Assembly (NCBI GenBank): GCA_964618995.1
Contig: CAZUBQ010000009.1
Location: 1-58,982, forward strand
Length of the DNA: 58,982 nt
Reading direction: 5' to 3'
Origin: an uncultured Candidatus Poseidoniales archaeon
Lineage (GTDB): Archaea; Thermoplasmatota; Poseidoniia; Poseidoniales; Thalassarchaeaceae
Shown here: positions 1 through 9,877 of the stretch, piece by piece
How positions within the stretch are numbered: the stretch's first letter is position 1
Layout: the number at the start of each line of letters is the position of its first letter
Position numbers and translations under genes: made by a program
The notes under the pieces: generated by a model
What the model was told of the DNA's origin: nothing
Seen by the model: the letters and a program-made list of their open reading frames with translations, nothing else
The model's database searches: none

Positions 1-2
1 TC

Positions 3-98
3 GTCAACGAGGAGGGCAATGTCACCTGGAAGTGGGTCGCCGACAACCCAGGTCAGGAGCCCGACTACGACGCTGTGCTCGCTGCTCTGGGTGTCTGA
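3..98 (+). CDS. 3' end of a gene truncated by the window edge (31 codons plus TGA); function not assignable
   Basis: Frame 3 reads VNEEGNVTWKWVADNPGQEPDYDAVLAALGV* open from the window edge to TGA at 96-98. The fragment is too short for a family call. Confidence 0.4.
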   Translation, partial: VNEEGNVTWKWVADNPGQEPDYDAVLAALGV

Positions 99-140
99 TT
101 ACGCCACAACACTCATCCGAGCCTGCGATAGACAGCACTT

Positions 141-638
141 GTGGATGTGAAGAGTGCGTATCTACGGATGGCTGCGCGGTTTGCTACGGCTGGGCCTGAA
201 GCTCTAGAACTGACCAAACGTCACTCGCGTCAGTTCCTTCGTGGAATCACAGATTTCGATTCTGATGGAAACTACGCTTGGAAGGATCCGCGTTATGCGC
301 CGCATACCTACCAGTTCAGCAGAGCCGCCTGGGTACATCGGGATGCAGACACCTACCGTGATCTGTTACATGGGGAACACGTTATTCCAGTCACAATTGT
401 GTTTCAACGCTTGATCCGCCTAGTCGAGGAAGGTGCGTCGGAAGAAGAGTTGATGGATTTCCTTGAAAATTCACTCATCGTAGTGTGGGTCACGATTCAG
501 GAGAGAAAACTGATGGACAGCGAATTGGGTTTGAGTCGGTCGATGCCGACAGGTTGGGACTGGGGGGACGACCCTTACTCACGATTGGTTGCAGCGCGGA
601 TTGAGTTGGAGCAGGAATCTCCCCGGCCGATACGATGA
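141..638 (+). CDS. hypothetical protein (165 aa), no family recognised
   Basis: GTG-initiated ORF with no better competing ORF over most of its length. It contains 'LHGEHVIPV', which only loosely recalls His-Me/HNH nuclease cores, so I make no call. Confidence 0.5.
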   Translation: MDVKSAYLRMAARFATAGPEALELTKRHSRQFLRGITDFDSDGNYAWKDPRYAPHTYQFSRAAWVHRDADTYRDLLHGEHVIPVTIVFQRLIRLVEEGASEEELMDFLENSLIVVWVTIQERKLMDSELGLSRSMPTGWDWGDDPYSRLVAARIELEQESPRPIR

Positions 639-643
639 CAGTC

Positions 644-943
644 TCAGTCGTCGCGCTCGTGCACCCAGATCAGGTGGTAGCCGAACCCGGTCTTCACGAA
701 CGGTCCGACAGCGTTCAGATCCTGCTTCCATACGGCCTCTGAGAATTCACGCGCCATCTGCCGGTCGTGGAACCATCCGAGGTCCCCTCCGCTCGAGCCT
801 GACGGGCACTCGGAATGCTTGCGCGCCATCTTCTGGAACTCCTTCAGCGGCTTGCGCGCGTTCTCGATGCGCTCGCGCAACTGCGCCGCCTCCCCCTTGG
901 AGCGCACCAGTATGTGCCGCGCGTGTGCTCTCCGGATTGCCAT
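644..943 (-). CDS. parvulin-type peptidyl-prolyl cis-trans isomerase (PpiC/PinA-like)
   Basis: Parvulin signature 'HARHILV...CPSGSSGGDLGWF...FGYHLIWV'. I start at the internal ATG (943, 'MAIRRAHARHILV') because the longer ORF (to 1012) would overlap the upstream gene, which ends at 981. Confidence 0.85.
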   Translation of the reverse strand: MAIRRAHARHILVRSKGEAAQLRERIENARKPLKEFQKMARKHSECPSGSSGGDLGWFHDRQMAREFSEAVWKQDLNAVGPFVKTGFGYHLIWVHERDD

Positions 944-980
944 GCCACCACGTGTGCGTGCTCTGATATCACGACTTCGC

Positions 981-2852
981 TCACACTTCTCCCCAGGCGA
1001 GCCAGCGGGCATATGTTCCGTAGACGATGCCGGACACAGCCAGACTCTCCTCGTTGAAGCGACTCATGTCATCCTTGTAGGTGTGGTACTCCCACGAACC
1101 GGATCCGTAGCAGACCAGAGCGTGGCCGTTGGCGTCACCATCATCCTGCGCGGTGTCATAGACGAACGGGCCGTGGTCGGAGTTGTAGGGCATCCCAGTG
1201 GGGGTGTTCTTGGCACCTGATTTCACATTGATACTGATGTCGTAATTGCTGGCGATGTCCGAGCGTTCGGTGTTGAACTTCTCAACGATGCGCGTTATGT
1301 GGTCTACATCCGATTGGTAGTTCCCGAACAGCGTGAGTCCGTTCCCTCTTTCGAGGTCGGCGTGGTTCATGTCGAGGTTGATGTAGACGATCAGGTTCTC
1401 ATTCAGGTAAGCCGCATACTTGTCGACCCACGCCTTCGAGCCGTGCAGCCCCTCCTCCTCGCCGCCCCAGGTGCAGAATTTCAGCGTATGCTTCGGCTCA
1501 CCCAGTTCAGACAACAGATACCCGAACTGCTGCGCCAATTCGAGCACGGTGGCCGTTCCGGAGGTGTCGTCGATGGCTCCGGGCCCGTTGTAGACGGTGT
1601 CGTGATGGGCACCGAAGATGATCAGTTTCTCTGACTTGCCAGGGATGATGCCGCAGGGAACCCGTACTTCGCGTTCTCCTTGGTTGTCGACCGGGACGTA
1701 CATGCCGATGCGCACGTCAGTGGATGCCTTGTCCTCCCACGCCTGCCACAATTCTTCACCGGTTTCACGGGAGAGCTGCAGGAACCCGATGTCCGGGGGG
1801 ATATGTCCCGGGTCGTCAAGCAGCGATTCGGTGTCTACGGTCTTGAAGATGGGAACGCAGTCATCTGCTTCGACCTGGCCGCAGTTCCTCTCTGTGTTTA
1901 CAACCAACAGGGCTGCCAGCGTGTGGTTGATTGCCAGACGATAGAGGTCCGTGTTGCCGCCCACACTCGTCCCGGACCACACCAGACCGATGTTCTCGGA
2001 CGCCTCCGCCCAGAGAGAATCGTCGGTGCCGTTGGAGAGGTTGATCAGTTCCATGTCCTGACCGAACGATATCTCCCGATTGCCACTGTATCCTTGGATG
2101 ACGTAGTCCATGCGGTGGTCGAACTCGACTACAGTCGCCTGACTATCTAAGAATCCGCACGCTTCCGGGTTGAAGTTGCCGAATCCGCCATAGGTGCCGG
2201 GAATGCAATAGCGCAGGATGGGGTCATCGGTTATCTCGAACATCTTGACGTTGAAACCCTCGATTGTAGCAGCCATGCCGGCAGAGGTGAAGTTCGCCTT
2301 GTTCGATTCGGCGGTCGCCAACTCTTCCGCAGACCCCGAGTGTCGACCCGCCCATTCCGGATGGCCCAGACTCACGAGGTGCTCGGCGAAGCCACGGGCT
2401 CTGGCGGTGTCGAAGTCAATCAACTCGTACTCCGGTTCAGGCTGAAGCCACGCCATGATCATCGGACCTGCCAGGAATCCAGCACCGAGGGTCCCGAGCA
2501 GCAGAACGCCGACCAGAGCGATTGCTGGAATCTGCACTCCGAACAGTTCGACCTTGCGCCTGATGAATCGGCTTGCGAAGTCAGCATCTTCGACAACTTC
2601 CGCTGTCAGCACCGCGCCGCTGGAGTCCGCGAGGGTGACACGGCCATCCGGGTCGACCAGGATACGCTCAGCAGATATGCCCGCATCGGCCAGTCGAGCG
2701 GCGCGTGTACCCTTGTTGCCGCTGGTGGCGAGGCCAGCGTGTGCGAGCGCATCAGCCAACACCTTCGAGGTGAAATCGTCGTAGTCGACCATCTTCTCAG
2801 TGTTCTCGGACCGCGGGCCCCTCATCAACCCAACCGTGTTCGGTGTGAGCAT
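981..2852 (-). CDS. membrane-anchored M28-family Zn aminopeptidase with an N-terminal SAP-like motif
   Basis: M28 metal-ligand motifs 'FGAHHDTVYNGPGAIDDTSGTATVLELAQ' and 'TWGGEEEGLHGSKAW'. One TM helix ('IPAIALVGVLLLGTLGAGFLAGPMIMAW'). N-terminal 'SKVLADALAHAGLATSGNKGTRAARLADAG' resembles a SAP helix-extended-helix. Confidence 0.8.
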   Translation of the reverse strand: MLTPNTVGLMRGPRSENTEKMVDYDDFTSKVLADALAHAGLATSGNKGTRAARLADAGISAERILVDPDGRVTLADSSGAVLTAEVVEDADFASRFIRRKVELFGVQIPAIALVGVLLLGTLGAGFLAGPMIMAWLQPEPEYELIDFDTARARGFAEHLVSLGHPEWAGRHSGSAEELATAESNKANFTSAGMAATIEGFNVKMFEITDDPILRYCIPGTYGGFGNFNPEACGFLDSQATVVEFDHRMDYVIQGYSGNREISFGQDMELINLSNGTDDSLWAEASENIGLVWSGTSVGGNTDLYRLAINHTLAALLVVNTERNCGQVEADDCVPIFKTVDTESLLDDPGHIPPDIGFLQLSRETGEELWQAWEDKASTDVRIGMYVPVDNQGEREVRVPCGIIPGKSEKLIIFGAHHDTVYNGPGAIDDTSGTATVLELAQQFGYLLSELGEPKHTLKFCTWGGEEEGLHGSKAWVDKYAAYLNENLIVYINLDMNHADLERGNGLTLFGNYQSDVDHITRIVEKFNTERSDIASNYDISINVKSGAKNTPTGMPYNSDHGPFVYDTAQDDGDANGHALVCYGSGSWEYHTYKDDMSRFNEESLAVSGIVYGTYARWLAWGEV

Positions 2853-2865
2853 GAGGCTGAAAGCC

Positions 2866-3492
2866 TCAGGGCGTGAAGTCAGGGTTCGCTGACTCCGCGG
2901 TGTGGATCTCCTCTCCGGTCCAGCGCTGTCCTAACTCATGTTCGACATCCAACTGGTCGAGGATGCGTGCGACCACGAAATCAACGAGGTCATCGATGGT
3001 CTCAGGCTTGTTGTAGAATCCGGGATTGGCGGGCAGCACCACCACACCCCAAGTGGAGAGGCGGGTCATGTTCTCCAATTGCACGGTTGCATAGGGAGTC
3101 TCACGGGGAACGACCACCAACTTTCGCCGTTCTTTCAGGGCCACCATCCCCGCACGAGTGACGAGGTTGTCGGAGATGCCGTTCGCCAGTTTTCCCATGG
3201 TTGTGCCAGACGCCGGGCAGATCACGTAGGCGTCGAATTTCGCCGAGCCCGATGCCGCCTTCGCTGCCAGATTGTCATTGTCCTCCAATAACGCCCCTTG
3301 CTCCGCCGCCAGTTCCTCAGGTGTGATGCCGCACTCGAGGTCGAGGTTGATCGCTCCAGCGCTGGTCACGATGAGATGCACCTCCCATCCAGAAGCACAC
3401 AACTGCTCCAGCAGGCGTACTCCGTAGCGGGCGCCAGAAGCGCCTGAGATGGCCAGAACTGCCGAGGACATGGGTCGCACCACAGGCTTCAC
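2866..3492 (-). CDS. ubiX: flavin prenyltransferase UbiX (prenyl-FMN synthase)
   Basis: 'LAISGASGARYGVRLLEQL', 'VHLIVTSAGA' and 'LVVVPRETPY' are typical of the UbiX/Pad1 flavoprotein family, and the length (208 aa) is right. Confidence 0.85.
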   Translation of the reverse strand: MKPVVRPMSSAVLAISGASGARYGVRLLEQLCASGWEVHLIVTSAGAINLDLECGITPEELAAEQGALLEDNDNLAAKAASGSAKFDAYVICPASGTTMGKLANGISDNLVTRAGMVALKERRKLVVVPRETPYATVQLENMTRLSTWGVVVLPANPGFYNKPETIDDLVDFVVARILDQLDVEHELGQRWTGEEIHTAESANPDFTP

Positions 3493-3507
3493 TCCTTAGA
3501 GGATTGT

Positions 3508-4701
3508 TCACGTCAGACGTCCGAGGAACTCGTCGAACGCAGCCAACGACTGCTGGAATTCCTCAGGTGAAGCGCCCCATCCGATTCTTATCTGGTTCGC
3601 CAGTTGTGGCGCGAACATCGTGCAGGGTATCGCCAACAGCCCCAGCGGCTCAGCAACCTGTTCGATCGCTTGCTGAGCGTCACGATCACCTGGCAGCGGG
3701 ATGCAGCCGAAGATGCCGCTGGGCGGAGGAACCCAATCGATGCCGTGGGAAGAGAGCACTTCGAGCAACAACGGCAGGTTCTGCTCTCGTCTGCGTCTGC
3801 TCAGAGCAAGTGGTTCGGCGAGGTGTGGCCAGGCGAGTTTAATCAGCCGCAGAGTCGGAATCGAGAGCAGCGATTGCAGATTATGCATGGCACGAGTGGC
3901 AACGGAGATGCGCGCCGGAGAGCCGATGACCCAGCCGAAGCGCAGCGAGCCCAGACCGTAGCACTTGGTCAGCGAATTCACCGACAGGCAGTGTTCACCA
4001 TAGGTGAAGAATGGGCGGTGTTCGGGAGTGTCTCTCGTCGAATCGAGGTAGACCTCATCAGCGACGATGGCCACCCCTGCCTCAGAGCACGCATCAGCTA
4101 ACCACTGCTGGTCTTCTGCCGTCATCATCCAGCCTGTGGGATTCTGCGGGCTGGTCGTCACCACAGCCGACACATCCTCCAATATCTCTACCAACCCCTC
4201 TCTGTCGAGCAGCCACGGCCCGGTATCCCCGGTGTGCGCTGGCCCCCTCCAGAAGGGCACGACTTCGCAACCGAGCAGGCGAGCGAACTGTGCAGCGGGA
4301 GCGTACGACGGCGTCTCGACCGCCACACGACGGGGGGCGCCATCATCGATTGCAGCCAGTAGCGCCAGCGTCAGGCACTGCGTCACGCCGTGTCCAACCA
4401 CAACCCGTTCCGGAGCAACACCTTCTCGATCTGCCACCCAGACGTTGGCGTCGAGCGGTTCACCGAACTGGGCACAGATGTCATCGGGCAGTGACCCACC
4501 CGTCAGCGCGCTCCAATCCCATGGATGCTGAAATCCGGACTGCGTCAGGTCGTGTTCGACGCCGGCGTAGAGGCGAGGGAAGTACCAGTCGAAGTAGTCG
4601 ACCGCCGGAACTGCGGCACCCGAAGCCGACCCGCCGAGATTGGGCGACAGCGGGTGTTCCCAGTCCTCCATCAGGCGCTGCAGAGCAGTCGCGCCCATCA
4701 A
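3508..4701 (-). CDS. class I/II PLP-dependent aminotransferase
   Basis: PLP-lysine motif 'SVNSLTKCYGLGSLRFGW', 'PQNPTGW' and a length of 397 aa. Substrate is not assignable. Confidence 0.8.
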   Translation of the reverse strand: MMGATALQRLMEDWEHPLSPNLGGSASGAAVPAVDYFDWYFPRLYAGVEHDLTQSGFQHPWDWSALTGGSLPDDICAQFGEPLDANVWVADREGVAPERVVVGHGVTQCLTLALLAAIDDGAPRRVAVETPSYAPAAQFARLLGCEVVPFWRGPAHTGDTGPWLLDREGLVEILEDVSAVVTTSPQNPTGWMMTAEDQQWLADACSEAGVAIVADEVYLDSTRDTPEHRPFFTYGEHCLSVNSLTKCYGLGSLRFGWVIGSPARISVATRAMHNLQSLLSIPTLRLIKLAWPHLAEPLALSRRRREQNLPLLLEVLSSHGIDWVPPPSGIFGCIPLPGDRDAQQAIEQVAEPLGLLAIPCTMFAPQLANQIRIGWGASPEEFQQSLAAFDEFLGRLT

Positions 4702-4713
4702 CGATGCGCTGCA

Positions 4714-5454
4714 TCAGCGCGAGCGAATCTTGGCCAGCAGACGCAGCAGTTCGACGTAGAGCCAGATGAGCGTGACCATCAGACCGAACGCGGCGTACCA
4801 TTCGAGATGCTTCGGCGCTCCCGATTCGACTCCGTTCTCGATGAAGTCGAAGTCGAGTACGAAGGTGAGGGCGGCGATGACGACCACCACCAGCGAGAAA
4901 CCGATTCCGATGAGCCCGTTGCCGTGCAGGTAGGGGACACCTCCGCCGAACATGCTGCTGATGATGCTGACCAGATAGATGAGCACGACAGCACCGATGG
5001 CAGCCGACATTCCGATGCGGAAATTCTCCGTCGGCTTGATCAGGCGCGCCCGATAGATTCCGAGCATGGTCAGGAACACTCCGAAGGTGAGCGCGATCGC
5101 CTGCCAGACGATGCCCTCGTATGCTACTCCGAATATCCCTGATATCGGCCCGAGGAACAATCCTTCGAAGCCGGCGTAGAGCGGAGCTGTGTAGGCGGCG
5201 TTCTTCTTGTCACTGAAGATGGTGACAAGAGCGAGAACCAACCCCCCGATGACTCCGACGATCATCAACAGGAATCCGAGTGCGGGATTCTGCAGCAGCG
5301 TCATCCATGATGCGACCGCAGTGACCAGACAGATGCCGAGCAGGATGCCGGTCTTGTTCGCCACGCCCTCGAGACTCATCTGAGTGTGGGCTTCACTTTC
5401 CCACGGCGCCTCGAAGGTGTTCTGATTCAATGCAGGGTTGCCAGAGCGGAACAT
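4714..5454 (-). CDS. Bax inhibitor-1/YccA family membrane protein
   Basis: The N-terminus 'MFRSGNPALNQNTFE' followed by about 7 hydrophobic helices is typical of BI-1/YccA proteins. The start is set at ATG 5454; the longer ORF (to 5610) would overlap lipB. Confidence 0.7.
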   Translation of the reverse strand: MFRSGNPALNQNTFEAPWESEAHTQMSLEGVANKTGILLGICLVTAVASWMTLLQNPALGFLLMIVGVIGGLVLALVTIFSDKKNAAYTAPLYAGFEGLFLGPISGIFGVAYEGIVWQAIALTFGVFLTMLGIYRARLIKPTENFRIGMSAAIGAVVLIYLVSIISSMFGGGVPYLHGNGLIGIGFSLVVVVIAALTFVLDFDFIENGVESGAPKHLEWYAAFGLMVTLIWLYVELLRLLAKIRSR

Positions 5455-5479
5455 GCCACCTGCTCCGTTGAGGCCCTTC

Positions 5480-6163
5480 TCAAACCTTCGCTTCTTCCAG
5501 CAGCCATGGTGGCGAGCTAACAGGTTCGTGCACTTCACCCGCTGACCTGTGCAGAACATCCGCCGCCGTGATGAGCAGCGCTTCTTCCAGGGCAGCTCTA
5601 GTAAGGCCATCCTTACCTAATGCAGACAGACTGGTTGTCGTACCCTCCCCCATGCCGCATGCAGCCAGTGATTCTACTCGGCCAGTCGGTGTGTCGTAAT
5701 TGATGGTGAAGCCGTGCCGTGATACCCACTTGAGGAATGCGAGTCCGATGCTCGCAACCTTATGTCCCGCCACCCAGACACCCTGCATACGCGGGTCGCG
5801 GCCGGAATCAACCCCTAGGGATGCGAACGCTGCGATGATCCACGACTCAAGCAACGAAGTCACCGAAGCAACATTCGCTTCACCATCGAGATCCCATCGG
5901 AAAATGGGGTATCCGACCAATTGTCCGGGTCCATGCCATGTGATACCCCCGCCACGGTCTATAGGTGCAGTAGCATAGGATTCAGGAACCACCACTCCAT
6001 CCCTGCGCGCCTTGGGGCCGACGGTCACGATCTCAGGGTGCTCGACCAGCATGAGCGTGTCAGGAATCATCTCTGCCAGCCGTGCCTGCTGCATACGCAG
6101 CATCTCCGCGGCCACCTTCTCATGTTCGATCACACCCAGTCGAAGTACGGTGAACTCCCTCAA
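5480..6163 (-). CDS. lipB: lipoyl(octanoyl) transferase LipB
   Basis: 'GGGITWHGPGQLVGYPI' and 'KVASIG' are LipB hallmarks. It is the last gene of the 2-oxoacid dehydrogenase operon. Confidence 0.9.
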   Translation of the reverse strand: MREFTVLRLGVIEHEKVAAEMLRMQQARLAEMIPDTLMLVEHPEIVTVGPKARRDGVVVPESYATAPIDRGGGITWHGPGQLVGYPIFRWDLDGEANVASVTSLLESWIIAAFASLGVDSGRDPRMQGVWVAGHKVASIGLAFLKWVSRHGFTINYDTPTGRVESLAACGMGEGTTTSLSALGKDGLTRAALEEALLITAADVLHRSAGEVHEPVSSPPWLLEEAKV

Positions 6164-6167
6164 GGGC

Positions 6168-7604
6168 TCACCTCGTGTGAATCGCTTGGCCGAGTGACTT
6201 GAGCACCGCCTCGTGGAATGATTCAGTCAACGTAGGATGAGCATGGACCGTGGCAGCCACATCTTCGAGCACCGCGCCCATCTCCAAGGCAAGAGTGAAC
6301 TCGCCGACCAGTTCTGCCATGTGGCTACCGACTGCCTGCACCCCGAGAATCACGTGGTCCGACTCGCGCGCTACTACGCGCACGAAGCCACCGCCCTTGT
6401 CGGCCTCCAGAGTGAGTGCCCGTCCGCTCGCTGCCAGAGGAAACTTGCCCACCAATACTTCCTCGCCTGCAGCCTCTGCCTCCTCGGCAGACAGGCCGAC
6501 GCTGACGATTTCCGGCTCGGTGAACACGATGGCTGGAATCGCCATCTTGTCGAACTCGCGGTCCTCGCCGGCAATCACTTCGGCGACCATCTCTCCTTGA
6601 GCGCTCGCTCTGTGGGCGAGCATCGGCTCGCCGGTCACATCACCGATGGCGTAGATGCCGCGCATGTTCGTCTGGCATTGTGAATTGATGGCGATGAAGC
6701 GGCCAGAGTCGTCGAGTTTCACACCCATCTCATCGAGCCCCCAACCGGTGATGTTGGCCTTGCGTCCAACGGTCACAAGCACGCGGTCGAAGTTCTCAGT
6801 GACTGATTCGTCCCCGTTGTTCCAAGTCAGGTCGACTCCCGAATCGACGACCTCAGCACCTTCCGCAGTGCAGCCGGTGTTCACGGTCACGCCGTTCTTT
6901 CGAAGCCACCTCTCCAAGGGGCGGCGCAACTCCTTGTCGAACATCGCCAGTATCGAATCGAGCCCCTCGATGACGGTCACCTCGCTGCCCAACTTCCTGA
7001 GCGCACAGCCGAGTTCAAGGCCGATGTATCCGCCACCGATGACCGCCACCTTCTGTGGCAGCTCATCCAGGTCGAGCGCGCCCGTGGAGGAGATGATGTG
7101 CTGTTCGTCGAACGGCATGAATGGCAGTTCGATGGGAACAGAACCAGTGGCGATGATCACGTTGTCAGTGCTGATGTGTGCAATCCGCTCGCCAGCAGAA
7201 TCGGTGACCCAGCAGGATTTGCCATCGAGGAAGTTCGCCCACCCGGTGACCAGTCTGACCCCCGCATTCGATAGCAGGGATTCGACCCCCTTGTTCAGTT
7301 TCGTGACGATGTCATCCTTCCAACCGATCAGCGCGGGCATGTCCAGCGACACTTCGCCTGAGATGGACATGCCCATGTGCCCATCCTGATGCTGTTTGAG
7401 CCACTCGAAGCGCTCGGCGGCGTGAATGACCGCTTTGGAGGGGATGCACCCGCGGATGAGGCAGGTTCCCCCAGCCTTGTCACCCTCGACGATGACGGTG
7501 TCCAGCCCCAGTTGGCCAGCCCGGATGGCGGCGACGTAACCCCCAGGTCCCGCGCCGACCACGAGTACCTCACAAGAGATCTGTTCGACCATGGCGGCCC
7601 TCAC
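6168..7604 (-). CDS. lpd: dihydrolipoyl dehydrogenase (E3)
   Basis: FAD motif 'VVGAGPGGYVAAIRAGQLG', redox disulfide 'GGTCLIRGCIPSK' and C-terminal 'HAHPTLTE'. Its ATG overlaps the E2 stop (ATGA). Confidence 0.95.
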   Translation of the reverse strand: MRAAMVEQISCEVLVVGAGPGGYVAAIRAGQLGLDTVIVEGDKAGGTCLIRGCIPSKAVIHAAERFEWLKQHQDGHMGMSISGEVSLDMPALIGWKDDIVTKLNKGVESLLSNAGVRLVTGWANFLDGKSCWVTDSAGERIAHISTDNVIIATGSVPIELPFMPFDEQHIISSTGALDLDELPQKVAVIGGGYIGLELGCALRKLGSEVTVIEGLDSILAMFDKELRRPLERWLRKNGVTVNTGCTAEGAEVVDSGVDLTWNNGDESVTENFDRVLVTVGRKANITGWGLDEMGVKLDDSGRFIAINSQCQTNMRGIYAIGDVTGEPMLAHRASAQGEMVAEVIAGEDREFDKMAIPAIVFTEPEIVSVGLSAEEAEAAGEEVLVGKFPLAASGRALTLEADKGGGFVRVVARESDHVILGVQAVGSHMAELVGEFTLALEMGAVLEDVAATVHAHPTLTESFHEAVLKSLGQAIHTR

Positions 7605-8854
7605 ATGAAGATCGACGACGGATGCTCCAGCATGCCCTTCAGCGCCTGCACCAGAGCAGCCCCGTCAGCCCCGTCCACAACCCTGTGGTCCCACGAAGAG
7701 GAGAGATTCATAATACGACGGATGACGATGTTTCCGCCGCGCACGACCGCTCTCTCGGTGGCGCTATGCACGCCTAGGATTCCCACTTCGGGATGGTTGA
7801 TGATTGGTGTCGCGCCGATGCCCCCGTCGCGCCCAAGGCTGGTGATGGTGAATGTCGAACCAGACAGGTCGTCCAACGCTGCCGAGCCGTCGCGCGCTGC
7901 GCCAGCCACTCGATTGAGTTCGGCCGCCGTTCCCCAGATGTCGCGTGCCTCGACGTTCTTGACCACCGGCACGTAGAGCCCGCGCTCGGTGGAGGTGGCG
8001 ATGCCGATGTGCGCCGCAGCATGTTGCAGAACCACCTCCCGCTCCTCGTCGTAGTGCGCATTGCAGCCGGCGTGTCCGGAGTTGAACGCCTTGACCAATG
8101 CCTGCATGATGAACGGCAGATAGGTCAACTTCTCCTGACCCTGTTCACGGTTCTCGTTGAGCCACTGGCGTAGGGCTTCGAGATCGGTCACATCAACCTC
8201 TTCGAAGTAGGAGAAATGCGGGATGCTGCTGGTTGACTTCACCATCTGTTCTGCTATCTTGCGTCGCAGCCCCTTGACCGGAATCTCGGTTACTCCCGAA
8301 GCGGCCGCACGGCCAGACCCACCGGATTGCACGGCCGCTAGTTCACCTCCGCCTGCCATGAATGTCTCCAAGTCGCCTTTCGTGATTCTGCCCGCAGGTC
8401 CACTGCCTGAAACGCTGCCCAGATCGACACCCGCCGCCTTCGCTGCCCGGCGCACGGCCGGTGATGCCAACGCCTTGCCACCTTTCGCCGGTGCTGCCGC
8501 TGCCGCTGCCGCAGCCGGTGCCGCTTCTTCCTTCGCCGAAGTCGGAACAGGTGCCTCAGGTTCAGGCTCGGCTTCCGCCTCAGGTTCCTTCGAGCCATCG
8601 ACGTTTCCGTCGCCCTCGACCTCGAATTCGATGCACACCTTGCCCACGGCGATGATCTCGCCGACTCCACCGACCGTCTTCAGAACCGAGCCGGTCACCG
8701 GACTGGGAATAGTCACGTTCGCCTTGTCGGTCATCACGTCGACGATTGGGTCATCTTCCCTGACATCGTCGCCCTCCTTGACGTGCCAGGCGACCACCTC
8801 GCCCTCGACTACACCCTCACCGATGTCGGGCAGTTTGAATGCGTGGATTCCCAT
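7601..8854 (-). CDS. dihydrolipoamide acyltransferase (E2) with a single lipoyl domain
   Basis: Lipoyl-lysine motif 'VMTDKANVTIPSP', an Ala/Pro/Glu linker, PSBD 'ASPAVRRAAKAAGVDL' and catalytic 'SWDHRVVDGA'. The start is set at 'MGIHAFKLPDIGEG' (8854), directly after the E1beta stop at 8857. Confidence 0.9.
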   Translation of the reverse strand: MGIHAFKLPDIGEGVVEGEVVAWHVKEGDDVREDDPIVDVMTDKANVTIPSPVTGSVLKTVGGVGEIIAVGKVCIEFEVEGDGNVDGSKEPEAEAEPEPEAPVPTSAKEEAAPAAAAAAAAPAKGGKALASPAVRRAAKAAGVDLGSVSGSGPAGRITKGDLETFMAGGGELAAVQSGGSGRAAASGVTEIPVKGLRRKIAEQMVKSTSSIPHFSYFEEVDVTDLEALRQWLNENREQGQEKLTYLPFIMQALVKAFNSGHAGCNAHYDEEREVVLQHAAAHIGIATSTERGLYVPVVKNVEARDIWGTAAELNRVAGAARDGSAALDDLSGSTFTITSLGRDGGIGATPIINHPEVGILGVHSATERAVVRGGNIVIRRIMNLSSSWDHRVVDGADGAALVQALKGMLEHPSSIFM

Positions 8855-8856
8855 TC

Positions 8857-9870
8857 TCAGGCCTCCTGAGTCCTCTGTATCGCCTCTGCAATTCGACTCG
8901 GTCCTGGCATGTAGTCCCACTCTGTGCTGTGTGGGAACGGAGTGTCCCAGCCGGTCACTCTTTCGATGGGGGCTTCAAGTGAGTAGAAACAACGTTCCTG
9001 AACGCTAGCAGCCATCTCAGCTCCGAACCCGCTGGTCTTGGGCGCTTCATGCACTATGACACACCTCCCGGTCTTGTTGACAGAGTCCACTATCGCGTCT
9101 CGGTCCCACGGAACGAGAGTTTGGAGGTCTATGAGGTCACACGCCACCCCACTGTCGCGTATGCCCTGTTCGCACACGTGTACCATTGCGCCCCAGGAGA
9201 TCACCGTGCACGCCTCACCTTCCTGCACCATCCGTGCTTCTCCGAGGGGAATTGTGTAGTGTCCCTCTGGGACCTCTGCGTCTGGATGGTCGGCCCACGT
9301 GGGGACGTCGTGGGGGTCTCCGTAGAAGGGACCGCGATAGCAGCGCTTCGGTTCGAAGAAGATCACCGGATCGTTGCATTCGATGGCGCTGGTGAGCAGC
9401 CCCTTGGCATTGTACGGGGTAGAGCAGTAGACGACCTTGAGGCCCGGTGTGTGCGTGAACTGCGACTCGGGAGACTGGGAATGGTGGTGCCCGCCCCTGA
9501 TTCCTCCTCCCGCGGGTGTGCGCACGGTGACAGGTGTCCAGAACTCGCCGCCGGAGCGGTGGCGCAATTTGGCGATCTCATTGACGATCTGGTCGTAGGC
9601 AGGGAAGATGTAGTCGGAGAACTGGATTTCGACGACGGGACGCAGTCCGTTCAGACCCATCCCGAAGGCGATGGCCGCGATTCCACCTTCTGCGAGCGGC
9701 GAATCGAACACGCGGTGGGCTCCGTGCTTCTCCTGTAATCCGTCAGTGACTCGGAACACGCCACCGAAGTAGCCGACATCCTCTCCGAAGATGACGACGT
9801 TCTCATCTTGGTCGAGCATGCTGTCGAGGGCGCTGTTCAGCGCGCCGATGATGTTCATGTTCGCCATCAT
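8857..9870 (-). CDS. 2-oxoacid dehydrogenase E1 beta subunit
   Basis: 'FGEDVGYFGGVFRVT' and 'FDSPLAEGGI' are typical of BCKDH/PDH-type E1 beta; 337 aa. Confidence 0.9.
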   Translation of the reverse strand: MMANMNIIGALNSALDSMLDQDENVVIFGEDVGYFGGVFRVTDGLQEKHGAHRVFDSPLAEGGIAAIAFGMGLNGLRPVVEIQFSDYIFPAYDQIVNEIAKLRHRSGGEFWTPVTVRTPAGGGIRGGHHHSQSPESQFTHTPGLKVVYCSTPYNAKGLLTSAIECNDPVIFFEPKRCYRGPFYGDPHDVPTWADHPDAEVPEGHYTIPLGEARMVQEGEACTVISWGAMVHVCEQGIRDSGVACDLIDLQTLVPWDRDAIVDSVNKTGRCVIVHEAPKTSGFGAEMAASVQERCFYSLEAPIERVTGWDTPFPHSTEWDYMPGPSRIAEAIQRTQEA

Positions 9871-9877
9871 CTCACCC

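Noticed and set aside
2853-2867. Palindrome GAGGCT-GAA-AGCCTC between the ubiX stop and the M28 start.
   Set aside because: It is a real perfect 6-bp-arm hairpin, but its centre is GAA/TTC, not TAC/GTA, and it partly overlaps the ubiX stop codon. I treat it as an ordinary intercistronic hairpin, not part of the TAC class.
5455-5610. Upstream extension of the BI-1/YccA ORF (52 extra codons).
   Set aside because: It would overlap the lipB 3' end by about 130 nt, and the family-typical N-terminus 'MFRSGNPAL' begins at the internal ATG.
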